Shown piece after piece: positions 54,837 through 64,000 of a stretch of 64,000 bases of DNA (its first letter is position 1; every line of letters begins with the position of its first letter). This DNA comes from Candidatus Kerfeldbacteria bacterium (GTDB lineage: Bacteria > Patescibacteriota > Patescibacteriia > UBA9570 > XYC2-FULL-38-9). Under the pieces are notes generated by a model. It saw only the letters and a program-made list of their open reading frames with translations, was not told the origin of the DNA and searched no databases. The stretch spans positions 1,185-65,184 of the forward strand of contig JBDRKW010000020.1 in the NCBI GenBank assembly GCA_043813585.1. Direction: 5' to 3'. The translations under genes were made by a program, and so were the position numbers.

Positions 54837-55744
54837 TCGATGTCGAGGTCGTAATAGATTCCGTCAGAAGCAAACGTCACTTTGCTTCCATTTGATGCAA
54901 CAGAGATGTCTGATGGTGACGGCAATTCGCTTAATTGCCAGATTTGCCGCGAACCGCGAGGGTCAATTTCAATAACAAACAATCCATTCTTGTCGCTGTA
55001 AACGACATATCCGCCGTCTGGGTGCCAGGAAACATCGAGAATCGGAGTGCTCTGTCGGTTCAGCAGGATAAATTCACCTGTTCCGCTATTAAGTACCCAT
55101 AACTCTACACCGACAGCATAGGTCAATGCATCATCTTTATTCCATACTGCAGCAGTAACCACCCCGTTAATTCGATGCTTATCATCAAAGTCGTTGAGTG
55201 ACGGCACGATGTAGGAAGATTTCTGCATCTCATCAACAATCAGATCCATCGGGCCTTCCTGCACCATCAGCTCTTTTGGCGCGTCCCACCCAAGATCACG
55301 GTAGTATGTACGGTACTCCTGGCTCAACGCAACAAAGTCCAGGACTACAGATGACGGAGCGGCATCGCGCTGGCGCGGCGTATGCTCGCCAAATAAGACG
55401 ATATCCGGGAATATAACAGATCGTGTCGCATCAAAGTTCAGTGCTTTTTTCCATGAGCGGTAGCCTTCCTTCCGTATTTCAATGGAATATTCGCCGGGGA
55501 GTAACGTTTCAATAAACGGCGTCGTACTACTCTGAGGCTCCCCATTCAAGATGACAATGGCATCCTTTGGTTCAGTATGGAGTGCGAGCGCAGAAGTCCC
55601 GATAACAGAGTTGGTTTGCGAATCAAACCGGTATCCGGCCGTGTATGCGATTAAAAAAATGGCGATCGGCAGGGAAATAATAACAAAAAACCAAAATAAC
55701 ACTGATCGGCGTCGCTGTTTGGCGGATTGACTGGACTGAACCAT
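54833..55744 (-). CDS. membrane-anchored PEGA-domain protein with a beta-propeller-like C-terminal region
   Basis: The protein has an N-terminal TM helix (VLFWFFVIISLPIAIFLIAY) and a PEGA-like segment (LHTEPKDAIVILNGEPQSSTTPFIETLLPGEYSIEIRKEGYRSW). TolB/WD-like repeats follow downstream. Confidence 0.55.
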   Translation of the reverse strand: MVQSSQSAKQRRRSVLFWFFVIISLPIAIFLIAYTAGYRFDSQTNSVIGTSALALHTEPKDAIVILNGEPQSSTTPFIETLLPGEYSIEIRKEGYRSWKKALNFDATRSVIFPDIVLFGEHTPRQRDAAPSSVVLDFVALSQEYRTYYRDLGWDAPKELMVQEGPMDLIVDEMQKSSYIVPSLNDFDDKHRINGVVTAAVWNKDDALTYAVGVELWVLNSGTGEFILLNRQSTPILDVSWHPDGGYVVYSDKNGLFVIEIDPRGSRQIWQLSELPSPSDISVASNGSKVTFASDGIYYDLDID

Positions 55745-55778
55745 TTGAGTATAGTAATGAAGTTATCAATTCTATGTT

Positions 55779-57053
55779 ATGGATACATTTGTCATCAACG
55801 GAGGCACACAGCTAAAAGGTGAATTGCGCGTAAACGGGGCAAAAAACCACGCGTTGAAGTTGATTCCCGCAGCTTTTCTGACAGCTGAGGAAACAATTAT
55901 TCAGAATGTGCCGAACATCGAAGATGTGGCACGAATGCTAGAAATTGTAGAGAAGATCGGCGGCACGGTCAAGCATCAGGATGAGCACACGGTTGCACTT
56001 ACGCCGCCGCGGGAATTTGACGGGAGGCTGCCTGAAGACCTCGTTCCAACGCTGCGCGCATCCATTGTGTTGCTTGGTCCGGTGCTTGCGCGGTATGACG
56101 CAGTGCGTCTGCCGCTGCCTGGCGGCGATAATATCGGCAAACGGCCGATTAATTTCTTTTTAGATGGGTTTGAGGCGCTTGGCGCAACTGTTAAGGAGGA
56201 AAAAGAGACATATGTATTCACTGCGCCTAACGGATTGCAGGGAGCAACGATTGTCTTTCCGCGAATTACCGTAACAGGGACAGAAACATTGATGATGGCT
56301 GCTACTCTGGCAACAGGAACGACTATTCTGCGCAATGCAGCCTGCGAGCCGGAGATAGAAGCTCTGGCAGAATATTTAAACAGCGTCGGAGCCGATATTT
56401 CCGGCGGAGGAACGCATACCATCACCATAAACGGCACCGACAGGATCAGCGGCGGAACTGCCACCGTTATTCCCGATAGGATCGAAGCCGGCTCATTCGT
56501 GCTCATGGCAGCTGCTACGCGAAGCAAATTAACAATAACCAATTGCGATCCGACGCATCTGGAAATCCCGCTTGCGCTTCTGAACGAAATGGGAATACAA
56601 ACGGAGACAACTGCAGAGTCGATTGCAATTACGAACATTGCAGATACTATCCAGCCGCTTGACCTGGTAACGCATGAATACCCCGGCTTTCCGACAGACC
56701 TGCAGGCTCCGATGGCCGTTCTGCTCACGCAGGCAACCGGTGAGAGTAATGTGCGCGAGACGATATACGATGGCCGTCTGCTCTATGTAGACATGCTCAA
56801 TAGCATGGGCACGAATATTAAAATGATTGACCCGTATCGCGCGACTATTACCGGTCCAACACCGCTTCACGGCATGAATGTCGCCAGCCCGGATATTCGA
56901 GCCGGCATTGCCATGGTTATTGCGGGGCTGCTTGCAGAAGGAACTACAACGATTGATCACATTTATCAAATTGACAGAGGATATGAAACCATCGAGAAGC
57001 GACTACAGTCCGTCGGTGCGCAAATCAAGCGTGTCGGGCAGGAGTATGTATAA
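55779..57053 (+). CDS. murA: UDP-N-acetylglucosamine 1-carboxyvinyltransferase
   Basis: The N-terminus FVINGGTQLKGELRVNGAKN is conserved, the length is 424 aa, and the active-site region LPGGDNIGKRPI is present. Confidence 0.9.
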   Translation: MDTFVINGGTQLKGELRVNGAKNHALKLIPAAFLTAEETIIQNVPNIEDVARMLEIVEKIGGTVKHQDEHTVALTPPREFDGRLPEDLVPTLRASIVLLGPVLARYDAVRLPLPGGDNIGKRPINFFLDGFEALGATVKEEKETYVFTAPNGLQGATIVFPRITVTGTETLMMAATLATGTTILRNAACEPEIEALAEYLNSVGADISGGGTHTITINGTDRISGGTATVIPDRIEAGSFVLMAAATRSKLTITNCDPTHLEIPLALLNEMGIQTETTAESIAITNIADTIQPLDLVTHEYPGFPTDLQAPMAVLLTQATGESNVRETIYDGRLLYVDMLNSMGTNIKMIDPYRATITGPTPLHGMNVASPDIRAGIAMVIAGLLAEGTTTIDHIYQIDRGYETIEKRLQSVGAQIKRVGQEYV

Positions 57054-58356
57054 TTCGGCGCAGGGGACCCCGCAGCCATCACGGACGCTGTTTATAACAG
57101 TGGTTATGATTATCGTATTAATTGTCGGAGTTGGTATTGGCTATGGAATGTCCTCATATGACTTCTCAACTAACGGTTCAGGCAGATTCCTTGGTTTGGA
57201 CCGTGGAACTGACCACAGCTCTGAAGAAGCCAATTTTAGATTATTTTGGGATGTCTGGGACGAAGTTGTCCAGCGTCATGTCGACCAGCCGGTAAACCAG
57301 GCCGATATGTTGTACGGTGCGATCGCAGGCATGGTTGCAGGTGTTGGTGATCCTTATTCTAGCTATTTTGATCCGGAGCAGTCAGAAAAATTCCTAAGCG
57401 AGATCAACGGAAGTTTCGAAGGTATTGGCGCAGAAATCGGAATCAAGGACGATGTATTAACAGTAATCGCGCCGCTGCCCGGCTCTCCCGCCGAACTAGC
57501 CGGACTGATGGCAGGCGATAGAATACTGGCTATAGACGGCCTTGATACCACATTCATGTCCCTGAACCTTGCGGTGCAGACGATCCGGGGAGAGCAGGGA
57601 ACGACTGTCATGCTCACTATCGAACGCAAAGGTGAAGACAAACCATTAGATATTGAAATCACGCGCAACGTGATCCAGATCGTCAGCGTTGAATGGGAAA
57701 TGATTGAACAGGATGATGCGCGCATAGCGATGATAACGGTTTCGCATTTTAACAGCGATACTGCTGCAGCGTTTAAAGAAGCTGTCAATGAAGTGATTCT
57801 TCAGCAGCCGGACGGCCTTATTCTGGATTTGCGCAATAACGTGGGCGGGTTTCTGGATGCCTCAATCCAGATAGCATCACAATTCATAGAAGAAGGCAAT
57901 GTGGTCGTGTATGAGCAGGATAGCCAGAATGAACTCAAACCATATTTTGCAGAAGGGGTATCTCCGCTGAATAGTATCAACACAGTTGTCATGATTAATG
58001 GCGGGTCGGCTTCTGCGTCAGAGATTCTTGCCGGAGCGTTGCAGGACTATGAGCATGCGATTTTGGTGGGAACAACATCGTTCGGAAAAGGAACAGTGCA
58101 GGATTTTCAAACCTTTGAAGATGGATCATCTCTTAAACTGACCGTTTCCCGCTGGCTGACCCCGTATGAAAATCTTATCGAAGAAATTGGCATTGCTCCG
58201 GATTATTATGTAGATCGTACGGCCGAGGATTTCTCTCTGGATCTCGACCCGCAGCTTGACGCAGCCGTTCTCTATTTCTCTGACGTTGTGGCATTCACAG
58301 CGAGCACGCCAACAGAAGTTCCGGAAGAGGAAACTAGCGAAGATAACAACAATTAA
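57046..58356 (+). CDS. carboxyl-terminal processing protease (S41 family) with a PDZ domain
   Basis: The start was re-assigned to MYNSAQ; there is an SD-like GGCAGGAG and an 8-nt overlap with the murA end. The protein has an N-terminal TM segment, a PDZ segment (GSPAELAGLMAGDRILAIDG) and the S41 catalytic region (TTSFGKGTVQ). Confidence 0.8.
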   Translation: MYNSAQGTPQPSRTLFITVVMIIVLIVGVGIGYGMSSYDFSTNGSGRFLGLDRGTDHSSEEANFRLFWDVWDEVVQRHVDQPVNQADMLYGAIAGMVAGVGDPYSSYFDPEQSEKFLSEINGSFEGIGAEIGIKDDVLTVIAPLPGSPAELAGLMAGDRILAIDGLDTTFMSLNLAVQTIRGEQGTTVMLTIERKGEDKPLDIEITRNVIQIVSVEWEMIEQDDARIAMITVSHFNSDTAAAFKEAVNEVILQQPDGLILDLRNNVGGFLDASIQIASQFIEEGNVVVYEQDSQNELKPYFAEGVSPLNSINTVVMINGGSASASEILAGALQDYEHAILVGTTSFGKGTVQDFQTFEDGSSLKLTVSRWLTPYENLIEEIGIAPDYYVDRTAEDFSLDLDPQLDAAVLYFSDVVAFTASTPTEVPEEETSEDNNN

Positions 58357-58371
58357 TAACTGAACACGCAT

Positions 58372-58794
58372 ATGAAAGTTATCATGAACGACACCGGAGA
58401 GGTTACAAACGTTGCCGAGGGGCATGCGCGCAACTATCTCCTACCCAAGAAACTGGCAGTCATCGCAACAGACGCGGCAATAAAGGAAGCTGAGCGAACG
58501 CAGGCGGAAAAAAAGACAAAGGAACAAGCAACGCAGTCAGAGTTAACAGAAGCTGCAGAGAAGATCAATGGCCAGACACTATCCCTTAAAGCGCAGGCAA
58601 ATGAAGACGGCACGCTCTTTGGGGCTGTTCAGGAATCTGCTATAATCGACTTATTGAAGGAGCAAGGACATGTTGTCGAAGCGAATTGGCTATCAATAGC
58701 GGAACCGGTAAAAAAGACCGGTAAGCATGAAATAACAGTCACATTCCCTAACGGCGCATCAGCGACCTTCACGCTAAGCGTTTCAAACGAATAA
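58372..58794 (+). CDS. rplI: 50S ribosomal protein L9
   Basis: The N-terminus is MKVIMNDTGEVTNVAEGHARNYLLPKKLA. The protein is 140 aa. Confidence 0.85.
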   Translation: MKVIMNDTGEVTNVAEGHARNYLLPKKLAVIATDAAIKEAERTQAEKKTKEQATQSELTEAAEKINGQTLSLKAQANEDGTLFGAVQESAIIDLLKEQGHVVEANWLSIAEPVKKTGKHEITVTFPNGASATFTLSVSNE

Positions 58795-58798
58795 ACAT

Positions 58799-60505
58799 AT
58801 GGTAAAAAATCCAAAATACATTTTTGTTGTTGGCGGCGTAATGTCAGGCGTGGGCAAAGGCGTTTCCACTGCATCGATTGCGATGATTCTCAAGTCAAAG
58901 GGGTATACCGTCACTGCGATAAAGTCGGATGCGTATATTAACGTGGACGCCGGCACAATGAATCCCACGGAGCACGGCGAGGTGTTTGTGACTGATGACG
59001 GCGATGAGACTGACCAGGATATCGGCAACTACGAGCGCTTTATTGAACAGAATATTACGTCGGAAAATTACATGACAACAGGCCGCGTCTACCAGACCGT
59101 CATCGACCGCGAGCGAAATCTCGAATATAACGGCAAATGCGTTGAAGTCGTGCCGCACATACCGGAAGAGATCATTCGCCGCATTAAGCTGGCTCAGCGC
59201 AAGAATAAGGCGGAGATATGCGTGATAGAGATTGGCGGCACAGTCGGCGAGTACCAAAACATTTTATTCCTGGAAGCTGCGCGCATGCTAAAGAGCAAGA
59301 ACCCGGATGATGTCGCTTTTGTATTGGTCAGCTATCTCCCGATTCCGTCGCACCTGGGAGAGATGAAAACCAAGCCGACGCAGCATGCAGTGCGGCTTAT
59401 GAACGAAGCCGGCCTGCAGCCTGATTTTATTATTGCGAGAGGGGAACAGGCGCTGGACACAGTGCGCAAGAAAAAGCTGGCGCAGTTCTGCAGCGTTGAC
59501 CCCGGCCATCTCATTTCCGCACCGGACGCGGATTCCATTTATGAAGTTCCCGCGATTTTTGAGAAGCAGCAGCTCGGCAATGAGCTTCTCGATGCTCTTA
59601 TGTTGAAGCCGAAAAAAATCGATCCGAAAAAAAACCGCGTGAACGAAATGAAAAAATTGGTCCGCACCATTAAAGGGGTAAACAAAAAAGTGCGCATTGC
59701 GGTTGTCGGCAAATATTTTCATATTGGCGAGTATGTACTGTCAGATTCGTACATTTCGGTTATCGAAGCGCTGAAACATGCATCCTGGCATTTCAAGCAT
59801 GAGCCTGAGCTTGAATGGCTGGATTCCGAAGTTTATGAAAAAGACAAACGCAAACTGAAAGAGCTGTCCAAGTTCGACGGCGTGCTCATTCCGGGCGGTT
59901 TTGGGTCGCGCGGAGTCGAAGGAAAAATGCTCGCGATCCAGTACGTGCGCGAGAATAAAATTCCATACTTCGGCCTGTGCTACGGCATGCAGCTGGCATC
60001 GATTGAAGTTGCGCGCAATGTCGCCGGCCTGAAAGGCGCAAACACTGTAGAGATCGACGAAGATCCGAAGCATCCAATAATCATCGTCAACCCGAACCAG
60101 AAAAAAAATATCCAGGAAAAACACTTCGGCGGAACGCTCCGTCTTGGCGCATATGATTGCGCGCTGCTCAAAGGCTCCAAAGCACGGGCTGCATACGGGA
60201 AAGACAGGATTTCAGAGCGCCACCGCCATCGGTATGAATTCAACAACAAGTATCTTGATCGGCTGAAGAAAGCCGGCTTGATCGTCTCCGGTGTTAATCC
60301 GCAGCAGGACCTTGCAGAAATTGTAGAGCTTAAGGGTCATCCTTGGTTTGTCGGCACGCAGTTCCATCCGGAGTTCCTGTCCCGTCCGCTGGATCCGCAT
60401 CCTTTGTTCAAAGGATTTATTAAGGCTTCAATCGCCAATCATGAGTTGTCTGCAAAGAAGCCGGCGCCAAAGAAGAAGCGCAAAACGACAGCCAAGAAGA
60501 AATAA
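58799..60505 (+). CDS. pyrG: CTP synthase
   Basis: The N-terminus is KYIFVVGGVMSGVGKGV. The glutamine amidotransferase region is GLCYGMQLA..HPEF. The protein is 568 aa. Confidence 0.9.
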   Translation: MVKNPKYIFVVGGVMSGVGKGVSTASIAMILKSKGYTVTAIKSDAYINVDAGTMNPTEHGEVFVTDDGDETDQDIGNYERFIEQNITSENYMTTGRVYQTVIDRERNLEYNGKCVEVVPHIPEEIIRRIKLAQRKNKAEICVIEIGGTVGEYQNILFLEAARMLKSKNPDDVAFVLVSYLPIPSHLGEMKTKPTQHAVRLMNEAGLQPDFIIARGEQALDTVRKKKLAQFCSVDPGHLISAPDADSIYEVPAIFEKQQLGNELLDALMLKPKKIDPKKNRVNEMKKLVRTIKGVNKKVRIAVVGKYFHIGEYVLSDSYISVIEALKHASWHFKHEPELEWLDSEVYEKDKRKLKELSKFDGVLIPGGFGSRGVEGKMLAIQYVRENKIPYFGLCYGMQLASIEVARNVAGLKGANTVEIDEDPKHPIIIVNPNQKKNIQEKHFGGTLRLGAYDCALLKGSKARAAYGKDRISERHRHRYEFNNKYLDRLKKAGLIVSGVNPQQDLAEIVELKGHPWFVGTQFHPEFLSRPLDPHPLFKGFIKASIANHELSAKKPAPKKKRKTTAKKK

Positions 60506-60510
60506 ACTAA

Positions 60511-60540
60511 AAACCGCGCATCAAGCGCGGTTTTTGAACT
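60511..60540. terminator. bidirectional rho-independent terminator between pyrG and rpmA
   Basis: The sequence is AAAAACCGCGC-atcaa-GCGCGGTTTTT. Confidence 0.75.
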
Positions 60541-60548
60541 ATTGAGTA

Positions 60549-60827
60549 TTACGCTTCAACAACAGAGACAACCTTCACCTGTTTGAGCTTTCCGGTAAAC
60601 CGGCTCATTTTTTTTGCGGTAAATTTCACAATACCTTTTCTGGTTGCACAGATCGTATCGTCTTTGCAGAGGTTTGTGCCCGGGCCGGGCCGGAATTTCG
60701 TACCGCGTTGGCGAATAATAATATTTCCGGGGATCACGGTTTGACCGCCGAACTTCTTCACACCAAGACGTTTTGATGCTGAATCGCGGCCGAGGTTTGT
60801 CGATCCGCCTGCTTTTGTATGCGCCAT
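60549..60827 (-). CDS. rpmA: 50S ribosomal protein L27
   Basis: The protein reads [37 protein letters not shown]. Confidence 0.9.
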   Translation of the reverse strand: MAHTKAGGSTNLGRDSASKRLGVKKFGGQTVIPGNIIIRQRGTKFRPGPGTNLCKDDTICATRKGIVKFTAKKMSRFTGKLKQVKVVSVVEA

Positions 60828-60882
60828 ATCGTTATACTATGAATTTCAAGCAGAATGATACTACCAAGCAGCCAGAAAAACG

Positions 60883-62409
60883 TCAAGGTTGTGAGCGGCG
60901 TGCGATTCGAACTGCCTCTTCTATGCTTGTCAGGCCGTGCTTCGCCTTTAAAAGCGCATCTTCAGCTACGGTACGTCGATCCGGTTCATCCACAAGCGTT
61001 GCATGCTCTGATACTGCAAATACGCCCAAAGAACCGTAATATCCGGTATTTTCGCACCGCGCGCACCCTGATCCCGTGTAAAACACCAAATCGTTCAGCG
61101 TCTGTTCATGAGAAAGCTCTCCGCAATCGCGCAGCAGCTGCTTTAACTGCCGTCTTCCGTATGCCTTTTCAAGCGCTGAAATCTGCTCAGCTGAAGGATG
61201 AATGGAAATTCGGCATTCTTCGCAAACTGCGCGCACCAGCCGCTGGCTAACAGTCAGATGCAACGCCGCATTAATCATCTCTGCGGTTGCACCATTGTCT
61301 TCCAGCGTAAAGAATGCTTCATTGCCGTTCGGTTGCTCCATGCCTGCGACCACTAATCCGGAATGCACCGCATATTGAAGCACCCGCACCATCGCTTTTG
61401 GGTCGCGAAGCGGATCGATCACAATAATGTCCTGATCCTGGTCCAATGCCGTTGCCGCAGCCGCCTCCTCGCTCAAACCGCCGGGCTGGCTGATCTGCAC
61501 CTGTGTCGCGCCTCCAAGCCGGGCCTCCGCATAATGCTCCAGCACGGTAATGGCGACGGACGGCGATGTCATTATCCGCACCATGGTATACAGCGTCGTT
61601 GTCACGCCTGAACCAGCCGGTCCTGTGACGATAATCATTCCGTCAGGCCGCTCAAGCGCCTGCTCGACTGCGCATGCCTGCCGTTCTGACATACCAAGTT
61701 GTTGCAATGACTGGAAGCTGCGCGAACCGTATTCAATTTTCAATACAGCCGACTCCATTGGGCCGGAACCATATACTGAAAGGCGCATATTAACCGTTTT
61801 GCCGGCTAATGTCGTGTCGAATACTGCCGTTTGCGTCGCGGAAGAGCTGTTCAGCGGCAAGCGTGCGAGCGATTTAAGGTGGCCAAGCAATATCGCGTGA
61901 ATAGAGATAGGAAGCCTCGTTACGTCAAACAACTCACCTTGTATCCGGTAACGGACATGGATAGTGTCCTCGTTTGGTTCAATATGAATCGAAGATGCGT
62001 TGCGAAAAATTCCATACGCGAATAAATCGTCAATTAATCCCTGAATAGCCCCTTCAGCTACAATTCGCTGTAATTCAGTTAAGCCGGTGGAGGAGTTAAG
62101 ATCAAGTGGGGACCCGCTAAGATCGCGCGCTGCGTGGTCAAGTGCTGAATAGTAGCTGTTTCGCAGGCGCTCCAGATGCGGACGCGGCGCATGGATAAAC
62201 TCCGGTTTCAGCCCGGTCCGTTCCTGGAGAAAATCACCGTGTACCATCGTCTCCGGGTTTTCAGTGGCCACCACAACCCGTTTTCTCTTGTTATCAACGT
62301 CTACTACGACAAAGTCGTCCGTATGCAGGAGTGAAAACTGCGCTTCACCCGTCAACATGTTCTCTGACGGGTAGTCGTCAATTGAAAATTCTTTTTTCTT
62401 CTCTGCCAT
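60883..62409 (-). CDS. GspE/PilB-family (type II secretion/type IV pilus) ATPase homologue with degenerate catalytic motifs
   Basis: The start was re-assigned to MAEKKK; the track start is a TTG. The protein has a GspE N-domain-like N-terminus, a Walker A region VTGPAGSGVTTTL (Val in place of the invariant Lys) and a C-terminal tetracysteine motif CEEC...CARC. DIIVIDPLRD and VVAGMEQPN replace the usual Glu- and His-containing boxes. Confidence 0.6.
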   Translation of the reverse strand: MAEKKKEFSIDDYPSENMLTGEAQFSLLHTDDFVVVDVDNKRKRVVVATENPETMVHGDFLQERTGLKPEFIHAPRPHLERLRNSYYSALDHAARDLSGSPLDLNSSTGLTELQRIVAEGAIQGLIDDLFAYGIFRNASSIHIEPNEDTIHVRYRIQGELFDVTRLPISIHAILLGHLKSLARLPLNSSSATQTAVFDTTLAGKTVNMRLSVYGSGPMESAVLKIEYGSRSFQSLQQLGMSERQACAVEQALERPDGMIIVTGPAGSGVTTTLYTMVRIMTSPSVAITVLEHYAEARLGGATQVQISQPGGLSEEAAAATALDQDQDIIVIDPLRDPKAMVRVLQYAVHSGLVVAGMEQPNGNEAFFTLEDNGATAEMINAALHLTVSQRLVRAVCEECRISIHPSAEQISALEKAYGRRQLKQLLRDCGELSHEQTLNDLVFYTGSGCARCENTGYYGSLGVFAVSEHATLVDEPDRRTVAEDALLKAKHGLTSIEEAVRIARRSQP

Positions 62410-62497
62410 GGAAACAGCATACCATTGAACAAAGGAGAAATAAAGGTTAGCCATATCGCATGGACGGGCAGGAAATTCTGTGATATAACAGGTCAAT

Positions 62498-62845
62498 ATG
62501 AAATTAAAACTGATCTCATTTGATCGCGTTTCAGCCGTTCTGCTGGCCGTGGCCTTGGTGTTGAACGCAGGAGCATGGGCCGTTATTCTGTGGAAGCTGC
62601 CGTATACCAGCGACCCCGTGTTTCTTCACTATAATATCTATTTCGGCATTGATCTTACTGGCAGCTGGTATGAATTGCTTTGGATACCCGGCTCCGGATT
62701 GGCTGCACTCGTAATAAATTCGGTTATCATCGTATTAAACAAACGTATGGATGCTGTGGTCAGAATCAGCAGCATGGCTGTAACAGCCTCATTTCAGGCC
62801 ATCCTGCTACTTGCATCTGTGCTCGTAGTATTGTTAAATAAATAG
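62498..62845 (+). CDS. small hypothetical membrane protein (3-4 TM)
   Basis: The ORF is 115 aa with hydrophobic helices. It lies 2 nt upstream of mraY. Confidence 0.4.
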   Translation: MKLKLISFDRVSAVLLAVALVLNAGAWAVILWKLPYTSDPVFLHYNIYFGIDLTGSWYELLWIPGSGLAALVINSVIIVLNKRMDAVVRISSMAVTASFQAILLLASVLVVLLNK

Positions 62846-62846
62846 T

Positions 62847-63911
62847 ATGGAACTGACATCGATCGCTGTTGTCAAAATATTATTTTTATTTGCGCTGGCT
62901 TTTGTCGTTACATCTGTGTTAACGCCTGTCCTGACGCATTTTTTATATAAATACAAGCTTGGCAAGAGTATCCGGGACGACAATAATAAAACACCGGTAT
63001 TTTCAAAATTACACAAGCACAAAGAGGGGGTACCAACGATGGGAGGCGTACTGATATGGGGTGCGGTTCTGATATTAATTGTCATATTCTATTATTTGCC
63101 AAAGATCATGCCCGGCATTGTTCCGCCGGATTTCAATTTTTTGTCGCGGCCGGAAACATTGCTGCCGCTGGGAGCACTGCTGGCGTCAGCTGCCGTAGGC
63201 CTGATAGATGATATATTCAACGTAAAAAAACTCGGGGTAAACGGAGGCGGACTAACCATGAAGTATCGATTGATGGTATATACCGGCATTGCAATGGTCG
63301 CGGCATACTGGTTTTTCGTCAAACTCGATTGGTCGATCGTGAATGTTCCGTTTTATGGAGCTGTTGATATCGGGTTCTGGGCGATCCCATTTATTATCAT
63401 AGTTATCGTAGCAACATCCTTTTCAGTAAATGAAACAGACGGTCTGGACGGTCTGGCCGGAGGCGTATTGCTGTCCGCGTTTGCTGCGTATGTCGGAATC
63501 GCGTACCTGCTCGGCCGTTATGACCTGGCAACATTCTGTGCGGTCATCTGCGGGGCACTGCTGGCGTTCCTGTGGTTTAATATCCATCCTGCGCGGTTTA
63601 TCATGGGCGATACCGGGTCAATGTCGTTGGGAGTTACTCTTGGAATAGTCGCAATTTTAACGAATACCGTATGGCTGTTGCCGCTTATCGGCTTCATCCT
63701 GGTTATGGAATCCGGTTCGGTAATCCTGCAAATGTGTTCAAAAACACTGCGGAAAGGAAAAAAGCTCTTCTTATCATCGCCGATTCATCATCATTTTGAA
63801 GCAATCGGGTGGGAAGAGCCGAAGATTGTAATGCGGTTCTGGATCATCTCCGCCGTCATGACGGTGATGGGTATGGTGTTCTTTCTTATTGACCGGAACC
63901 TTGCCGGTTAG
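62847..63911 (+). CDS. mraY: phospho-N-acetylmuramoyl-pentapeptide transferase
   Basis: The protein has GVPTMGGVLIW, DDIFNVKKLG and MGDTGSMSLG signatures and a 10-TM topology. Confidence 0.85.
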   Translation: MELTSIAVVKILFLFALAFVVTSVLTPVLTHFLYKYKLGKSIRDDNNKTPVFSKLHKHKEGVPTMGGVLIWGAVLILIVIFYYLPKIMPGIVPPDFNFLSRPETLLPLGALLASAAVGLIDDIFNVKKLGVNGGGLTMKYRLMVYTGIAMVAAYWFFVKLDWSIVNVPFYGAVDIGFWAIPFIIIVIVATSFSVNETDGLDGLAGGVLLSAFAAYVGIAYLLGRYDLATFCAVICGALLAFLWFNIHPARFIMGDTGSMSLGVTLGIVAILTNTVWLLPLIGFILVMESGSVILQMCSKTLRKGKKLFLSSPIHHHFEAIGWEEPKIVMRFWIISAVMTVMGMVFFLIDRNLAG

Positions 63912-64000
63912 CTAATACGAGCTCTGGCTGCTGAGGAATGGAATGATTGTAAACACCAGCATCGCTGCAATCGCGATAATACTGATACCGATCCATACCT

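Noticed and set aside
1-64000. Mobile elements, prophage or defense systems (transposase, integrase, CRISPR-Cas, restriction-modification, toxin-antitoxin)
   Set aside because: No ORF in the six-frame track shows DDE/HTH transposase, tyrosine or serine recombinase, Cas, or methyltransferase/endonuclease signatures. The only terminal-inverted-repeat-like structures are the two 80-nt structured elements, which are too small to encode a protein.

Overview
The window is a gene-dense bacterial segment of about 52% GC with frequent 4-nt ATGA gene overlaps. Most of it, roughly 2.5-48.6 kb, is one large cell-surface glycosylation island. The island holds at least eight GT4 glycosyltransferases, four GT2 enzymes (three polyprenol-phosphate-sugar synthase-like, with a GtrA partner) and three or four large GT-C (ArnT/PMT-like) membrane glycosyltransferases. 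It also holds two Wzx-type flippases, a Wzy/O-antigen-ligase-like protein and nucleotide-sugar genes (ugd, UDP-xylose synthase, epimerases). The complete dTDP-L-rhamnose pathway (rmlA, rmlC, rmlB, rmlD) is also in the window, with rmlA at the island's edge and the other three genes just downstream. The most notable content is a dedicated PAPS sulfo-donor module inside the glycan operon: ATP sulfurylase, APS kinase and a DHH-family pAp phosphatase. Two sulfotransferases lie 14-17 kb further along the island, which points to synthesis of a sulfated glycoconjugate. A second unusual sub-cluster on the minus strand combines a glycerol-1-phosphate dehydrogenase (G1PDH/AraM-family) homologue, a sugar-phosphate nucleotidyltransferase, a CDP-alcohol phosphatidyltransferase (with a second paralog about 2 kb away at 24.1 kb), a flippase and a GT4. 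A structured inverted-repeat element of about 80 nt occurs twice, 27 kb apart; its core is conserved while its 12-bp stems differ completely but stay perfectly complementary in each copy. The window begins with three tandem paralogous, GC-rich, Asp-rich lipoproteins carrying a MopE-like metal-binding motif. It ends with housekeeping genes (murA, S41 protease, rplI, pyrG, rpmA, mraY) and a GspE/PilB-like ATPase whose catalytic motifs appear degenerate. I found no rRNA, tRNA, CRISPR array, transposase or integrase. My hand-counted coordinates for motifs may be off by 1-2 nt; CDS coordinates follow the ORF track, with some starts re-assigned.
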